Source of the DNA: Octopus vulgaris
Lineage: Eukaryota
DNA length: 64,000 bases
Direction: 5' to 3'
Assembly (NCBI GenBank): GCA_951406725.2
Contig: OX597816.1
Location: 5,270,001 to 5,334,000, forward strand
The position numbers and the translations under genes were made by a program. A model generated the notes under the pieces. The model saw only the letters and a list, made by a program, of their open reading frames with translations, did not search any database and was not told the DNA's origin. Below, in pieces: positions 57,857 to 64,000 of the stretch. Position 1 is the stretch's first letter; every line of letters begins with the position of its first letter.

Positions 57857-58131
57857 GGTGGCGGTTGTGGCGGTTGTGGTGGTGGTGGTGGTGTTTATTT
57901 ATTCATTTCTTTGTTTGTTTATTACGGAAGGTCGGAGAGAGAGAGAAGCTCGTTTGTTCTCAGTCATCATCGTCACTTGATACGTTAATCGAAAGTTTTA
58001 TTATTTTTCAGGGTACCTTAATTTGGGGTCCCCTAATTTCCCTCGCAAGTTATTCTTTCCGAGAAATTTATCATTTTCTTTCTTAATTGTGTCTTTATAC
58101 CATGGTTTAGTTTTATGATTAGTGTTTAATA

Positions 58132-58500
58132 GTGGACGCGCGATGGTCCAGTAGTTAGGGCAGCGGACTCGCGGCCGTGGGATCGCGGTTTCGATTCCCA
58201 GAGTGTTTATTGAACGAAAAGACTTAAAGCTCCCCGAGGCTCCGGCAGGGGGTGGTGGTGAACCCTGCTGTACTATTTCACCACAACTTTCTCTCACTCT
58301 TTCTTCCTATTTCTGTTGTGCCTGTATTCCAAAGGGCCAGCCTTGTCACACTCTGTGTCACGCTGAATCTCCCCCGAAAACTACGTTAAGGATAAGTGTG
58401 TTTGTGGAGTGCTCAGCCACTTGCACGTTAATTTCACAAGCAGGCTGTTCCGTTGATCGGGTCAACTGGAACCCTCGTCGTCGCAACCGACGGAGTGCCA
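58132..58500 (+). mobile_element. SINE family T4, full length
   Basis: Head gtggacgcgcgatggtccagtagttagggcagcggactcgcgg...ggtttcgattccca; matches rc of 6186-6567. Confidence 0.85.
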
Positions 58501-58867
58501 CGATTTTTTAACATATAAATTCAATACATTTTATAGTTATGGTTCTTTCCGTTATAAGTTCAAATTCTTTTGCGATCCTTCGTCTTTGATACTTCCGGAG
58601 TCGATATTACAAATCAAATGGATATAATCAAATATAAAACTGGCCGCTTGTCGGTTACGACGACGCGGGTTCCAGTTGATCCAATCAACGGAAGAGCCTG
58701 CTCGTGAAATTAACGTGCAAGTAGCTGAGCATTCCACAGGAACGCGAACCCTTAACGTAGTTCTCAGGGAGATTCAGTGAGACACAGAATATGACAAGAC
58801 TGAGCCCGTTTGAATTACAGGTAGAGTTTATTTTTGCCAGCTGATTGAACTGGAGAAAGATGGAATA

Positions 58868-59418
58868 CAGGGTGATTCAAAAGTCTCCATACATAGGAAA
58901 AATTTATTTTTGTATAAGAAACTATTTATGAGACCCCTTACATCCTCTGATCTGACCCCTCTTAATTTCTATCTTTGGGGGCATTTGAAAGGCATGGTGT
59001 ATCGCAGAAACGTTAGCATGCCGGGCGACATGCGTAGCCGTATTTCGTCTGCCTCTACGTTCTGAGTTCAAATTCCGCCTTTCATCCTTTTGGGGATCGA
59101 TTAAATAAGTACCAGTTACGCACTGGGGTCGATATAATCGACTTAATCCGTTTGTCTGTCCTTGTTTGTCCACTCTGTCTTTAGCCCCTTGTGGGTAGTA
59201 AAGAAATAGGAAAGATAAGACATAAATCATTTGAAAGAACGCATCACCAACCCATTTGCACACGTATCACCAGATGTGCTATTACGAGTTCACAATGAGT
59301 TGGGTAAACGTATTGCAATGTCTATTTAAAACAATGGTGACCATAAATAGAGCCTGTTAGATAAAAGAAAAATAAAAGATAAATTGTTCCTATGTATGGC
59401 GACTTTTGAATCACCCTG
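58868..59418 (+). mobile_element. Internally deleted Tc1/mariner transposon carrying a family N SINE (59005-59210)
   Basis: TA TSD at 58866-67 and 59419-20; ~40 bp TIR cagggtgattcaaaagtc.ccatacataggaa.aattta. Internal SSDLTPLNFYLWGHLKGMVYR...NHLKERITNPFAHVSPDVLLRVHNELGKRIAM..NNGDH is a transposase C-terminus. Confidence 0.88.
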
Positions 59419-59469
59419 TAGAATGTATTGCTCAAGAACTTGAACTCGGAACGATATAATAATTTTTTT

Positions 59470-59875
59470 TTCTTTTACTACCCACGAGGAGCTAAACACA
59501 GAGGGGACAAACAAGGACAGACAAAGGGATTAAGTCAATTACATCGACCCCAGTGCGTAACTGGTACTTATTTAATCGACCCCGAAAGGATGAAAGGCAA
59601 AGTCGACCTCAGCGGAATTTGAACTCAGAACGTAGAGGCAGGCGAAATACCTATTTCTTTACTACCCACAAGGGGCTAAACACAGAGAGGACAAACAAGG
59701 ACAGACAAACGGATTAAGTCAATTACATCGACCCCAGTGCGTAACTGGTACTTATTTAATCGACTCCGAAAGGATGAAAGGCAAAGTCGACCTCAGCGGA
59801 ATTAGAACTCAGAACGTAGAGGCAGGCGAAATACCGCTAAGCATTTCGCCCGGCGTGCTAACGTTTCTGCCAGTG
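59470..59875 (-). mobile_element. Family N SINE tandem dimer
   Basis: Two ~180 bp units joined at ggcgaaatac|ctatttctttac (59650). Confidence 0.85.
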
Positions 59876-60095
59876 CACTTGGAAGTATCAGCACTCAACT
59901 ATCAACACAGATCGAAAAGATTGGTACAATTGTAAAGATAGAACACCTACAAAAAATATCATTACTTGGAACTGCCAGAATTCTTCGCAGGGTTCTGAAG
60001 CATGACCAGTAAACAAGTGTCACCTTAGTCTGCTGGCTGTGGACAACTGGACACTTTCCATCATACCCAGCAAAATAAGCTGTGAGTATTTTTAT
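59875..60095 (+). mobile_element. R4/Dong-type 3' end (third subfamily)
   Basis: ALGSISTQLSTQIEKIGTIVKIEHLQKISLLGTARILRRVLKHDQ* plus 3' UTR. Confidence 0.78.
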
Positions 60096-60561
60096 ATAAT
60101 GTAGGACTATGAATGTGAGTAGGCAAACTTGTACGTATATGTTTACATGAATATGTTTGCTCAGCATCACGCAATACAATTGTATATTGACGAAGTGATG
60201 CAAGTGAAGAAATCTGACTTATAAGATCGCCGGGATCTGATTCTGGCCTTCCACACGCTGTACATACAAAGGGTGAATTTCGTGTGAATATTTAGAGTTG
60301 AACTGTTGATGTAACCATGTTGTTCAAGTGATCTGGTGAGTCAGCATTTTTTTTTTTGGCTTCAATTTCAGAATATAGAATTGTATTGTATATTTTTGAG
60401 CATGCAATAACGAATTTTAAGGTCTTCCTCTAGGAATACTTTACAAGACACACTCTTGGTAGTGACTTGTGCTCTTGCGGGGTTTTGTACAATTATCGGG
60501 TCCCCACCCGACAACATCGTCGAAAATTACGTGTGCATTGACCATATGTTCGTATTGTACC

Positions 60562-60799
60562 TATTTCGTTATTACCCACAAGGGGCTAAACATAGACGAG
60601 GACAAACAAGGACAACAGACAAAGATATTAAGTCGATTACATAGACCCCAGTGCGCAACTGGTACTTAATTTATCGACCCCGAAAGGATGAAAGGCAAAG
60701 TCGACCTCGGCGGAATTTGAACTCAGAACGTAGCGGCAGACGAAATACCGCTCAGCATTTCGCCCGTCGTGTTAACGATTCTGCCGGCTCACCGCCATT
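60562..60799 (-). mobile_element. Family N SINE with 15 bp TSD
   Basis: tgttcgtattgtacc at 60547-60561 and 60800-60814. Confidence 0.9.
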
Positions 60800-61415
60800 T
60801 GTTCGTATTGTACCACGAAGGTGGCGACTACCCAGGGTCACCATCGTTGTCAATGCTTGTGGTGCTGAGTCTCGTGCCTTGCCTTCCTCAATAGTGTATG
60901 GGAGCGGCTTCTAGGCAGGTATGTCACAATTGAGGTTTGCGATTTAGCATCACCCTCTGTTTTAGATATGGCATATCTAAAGATGGCTACATGCGCTCTC
61001 CTCGCGATGAAGGAGATTTTACTAAAACTTGTCAAGACTGTCGCCATTTCTTCTTTGGATGGACCAAAATATGCATTTCAGATCCTGTCAAAGCACAGTT
61101 CGGTTACCATCCCTTGCGCGCGTCTATGATGGGTTCTCGGAGATTGGTTCCTGTCTTGGGAGACGGGATATTCTTAAGCTTTAGTTCTTTCGGCAGTGTG
61201 CTCCATATTTACGCGGATTTTTGCCCAAAATAATGTTTGCATAAGGTAGCTTTTTGTTGTTCTTCGTCCTGTCAGACATTCTAAGTGCGTATGCACTGCG
61301 GTTTCTGTTCTTCTTGTTGTTGTTGACGACGACGATTCCACTCGAGATATTCAAACAATATTAACGTGTTCTTTCGTTCACGATCACCATAAATATATCT
61401 GGTGCAATTAGAATG

Positions 61416-61494
<79 letters not shown>

Positions 61495-61827
61495 TTTATT
61501 CATTCCCACTGGTGAAATGTGTTACTTTGTTCATTTTTCTATTTTCTTGTTTTGGGAATGGTGTGTAATATTCGTAGCCATTTTCTTTTCGTCAGTTGGC
61601 ATCGTGAAGAGAAACAAACCTCGTCCATCCCTCGAAAAAGAAAAAAAATCTTTGTTTTTTCTTATGCCAATATTCTTATGCCAATAGGGGAAGAGTGTAA
61701 ACGTTAGAAAAGTTATCTGTATGTGAGTAGTTTTTGGCAAAAACTCCATCGCATCGAGTAAAATCCTTTGTTTCGGAAAGTGACTTGTAAACAACGTTTG
61801 CAGTGAATAATAATAATAATAAAAGTA

Positions 61828-61897
<70 letters not shown>

Positions 61898-61900
61898 AAT

Positions 61901-62372
61901 GCATCGTCGAAAATAGAAATGCAAAGATCCTATGGGATTTTATGATTCAGTGCGACCATGAGATTGAGAATAGGAAGCCGGACATAGTGTTAATTGAGAA
62001 AGAAAACAAACTATGCTGGATCATAGATATAGCATACCCAGCTGATAACAAGGTATGCGATAAGGAAAGAAAGAAAAGTCGAGAGATATGACAGGTTAGC
62101 TTGGGAAGTTAAGCAGTTGTGGTCGATGAAAAAGGTAGCAGTAGTACCAATAAGTGTCGGAGCTCTGGGAACAGTGAGCAAAAGTCTCGAGAGGTACGTG
62201 GAACAACTAGGGACTGCAATAAGGGTGGAGCACTTGCAGAAAACAGCACTGCTTGGAACTGCTTGAATACTCCGGAAGGTGCTCGAAAAATAAGGGGTGT
62301 TACCTCAGTTCACTGGTAGTGAACAGCTGACATCGTAGTACATCTCCAGTGTTAGAAGCTGTGCAATGGCAA
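61901..62372 (+). mobile_element. R4/Dong-type non-LTR retrotransposon, 5'-truncated (REL endonuclease domain)
   Basis: IVENRNAKILWDFMIQCDHEIENRKPDIVLIEKENKLCWIIDIAYPADNKVCDKE-(fs)-KVERYDRLAWEVKQLWSMKKVAVVPISVGALGTVSK...LQKTALLGTA*ILRKVLEK*. The RxPD...ID..xP...K..xY REL signature is present; (TAA)n on both sides. Confidence 0.9.
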
Positions 62373-62380
62373 TGATGATG

Positions 62381-62442
<62 letters not shown>

Positions 62443-62443
<1 letters not shown>

Positions 62444-62998
62444 TGCCCTGATGCAGTACCAGGCAGTAGCTCTCATGGCTTCTGATCTTAACTGATTGGA
62501 AGTGTTATCATGTACATTGTTTTGTCTTGGTATAAAAGATGGCCTACAGCAAATATTCTGCTCAATACCACAGATTTGCTTGTCAGTTGTTTGACCTTAA
62601 CCAGTTGAGCATGTCCCTTAGTGGCTGACGATATGTGCATCTCTGATCACGAGCAGAAGTAGTGGGGGAGCATCATAGCCATGTGTTGAGAGGGATGCTT
62701 TGGGGTTTGAATAGTTCACCTCTGGAAACATGGGTGGTTCTTTCAACATCCTTAAACAACCCTTATTCGGGGACCGTTTGAGCGGGATGGGCTACTCAAC
62801 CTGAAGAAAATTCAAACTGGGCCCCACCTGCAAGGTCATGTGCTGTTTATCTTGATATGAGATCACCATGTCGCGCACATATGGTTGTGATGCATGTGCC
62901 TGGTGTACCTTTATCAGACGGGTAGTCATGATGGGTATATTGGGCTTCGTATATTTTACCCCAGTGTCACTTTGATGGCATGAACTGCTCTCTCACTC
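62443..62998 (+). mobile_element. ~555 bp (TAA)n-embedded element (full copy 3)
   Basis: Same termini as the other copies; sits in the (TAA)n tail of the R4/Dong fragment; a further partial 3' piece lies at ~63076-63135. Confidence 0.87.
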
Positions 62999-63057
<59 letters not shown>

Positions 63058-63174
63058 TAACAATAATAACAGTTATGATGCGTATACTGGGCTTCGTATA
63101 TTTTACCCCAGTCACTTTCATAGCATGCGCTAATCTTGCACACCAGTAATAATAATGGTGTCTTTTATAATAAT

Positions 63175-63780
63175 AATCCTTTCTACTAAAGGCACACAAG
63201 GCCTGGAATTCGGTGTGGGGGTGGACTCGTCGATAACATCGACTCCAGTGTTTCACTTGTTCTTAATATATCGACACCGAAAGGGTGAAAAGCAAAGTCG
63301 ACCTCGGCGGAATTTGAACTCAGAACGTAGCGGCAGACGAAATACCTATTTCTTTACTACCCACAAGGGGCTAAACACAGAGAGGACAAACAAGGACAGG
63401 CAAACGGATTAAGTCGATTATATCGACCCCAGTGCGTAACTGGTACTTATTTAATCGACCCCGAAAGGATGAAAGGCAAAGTCGACCTCGGCGGAATTTG
63501 AACTCAGAACGTAGCGGCAGAAGAGATACCGCTAAGCATTTCGCCCGGCGTGCTAACGTTTCTGCCAACTCACCGCCTTTCTATTCAATATATTCGTCTC
63601 CCCACCAAGGCAGCGCTTCTGGCAGAAACGTTAGCACGCCGGGCGAAATGCTTAGTGGTATTTCGAGGTCGAGTTTGCCTTTCATCCCTTCGGAATCGAT
63701 AAAATAAGTCCCAGTTGAACACTGGGGTGAATGTAATCGAATTATCCCCTCTCTCGAAATTGCTAGCTTTTTGCAAAGAA
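63175..63780. mobile_element. Cluster of family N SINEs (- dimer 63175-63580, + diverged copy 63620-63780)
   Basis: Family motifs; dimer junction cgaaatac|ctatttctttac at ~63346 is identical to that at 59650. Confidence 0.82.
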
Positions 63781-64000
63781 AATTTGAAATCAAAACATTT
63801 GTCCCCCATCTTTTCAATGCTCCTGTTTTTCATCCCTTTCGGGTCAGTCAGCAGCTCCATCGCGTTCCTGGAGCCATTTCAGACAACTGAGAATTTTCAT
63901 ATTTTCCTGAAAGTCTTTTTCGTCACTTGCTTCTTATTATTTAAGCTGGACCCACTCTTTATTTTCCTTTTGGCTCCTTTCATTTCTTACCCTCCTCCGA

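Noticed and set aside
60820-61290. Coding-looking GC-richer segment (ORF 60937-61233)
   Set aside because: No recognisable protein; only a faint minus-strand IWSTLPKELK similarity to CR1/L2 termini, too weak to call.

Overview
Eukaryotic, AT-rich, extremely microsatellite-dense DNA. The repeat families and the 5S rRNA-derived sequence look cephalopod (Octopus-like); this assignment is from recognition, not a search. No intact host protein-coding exon can be supported: nearly all listed ORFs are read-throughs of (TA)n, (CA)n, (TACA)n or trinucleotide repeats or of SINEs. The window is a mosaic of at least four tRNA-headed SINE families, a (GAT)n-tailed retroposon, a 5S-rRNA-headed SINE-like chimera, and decayed LINE 3' ends (R4/Dong-type REL, RTE, CR1). 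It also holds a Penelope-like (PLE) GIY-YIG fragment, mariner- and piggyBac-type MITEs, and a non-autonomous Helitron. The most interesting signal is a set of short (130-370 bp), largely sequence-unrelated elements that abut or sit inside (TA)n tracts. Most carry minimal type-I hammerhead-ribozyme folds (C[U/C]GANGA...GAAA...GUH with a palindromic stem III), and several form long fold-back inverted repeats. One such hammerhead lies at the 3' end of the PLE GIY-YIG fragment, tying the set to PLE/retrozyme-like mobilisation. In parallel, a ~555 bp non-coding element and R4/Dong fragments are mostly associated with (TAA)n tracts, and an RTE 3' end is fused to a 1.1 kb (TACA)n array. Different microsatellite classes therefore appear to host different retroelement guilds.
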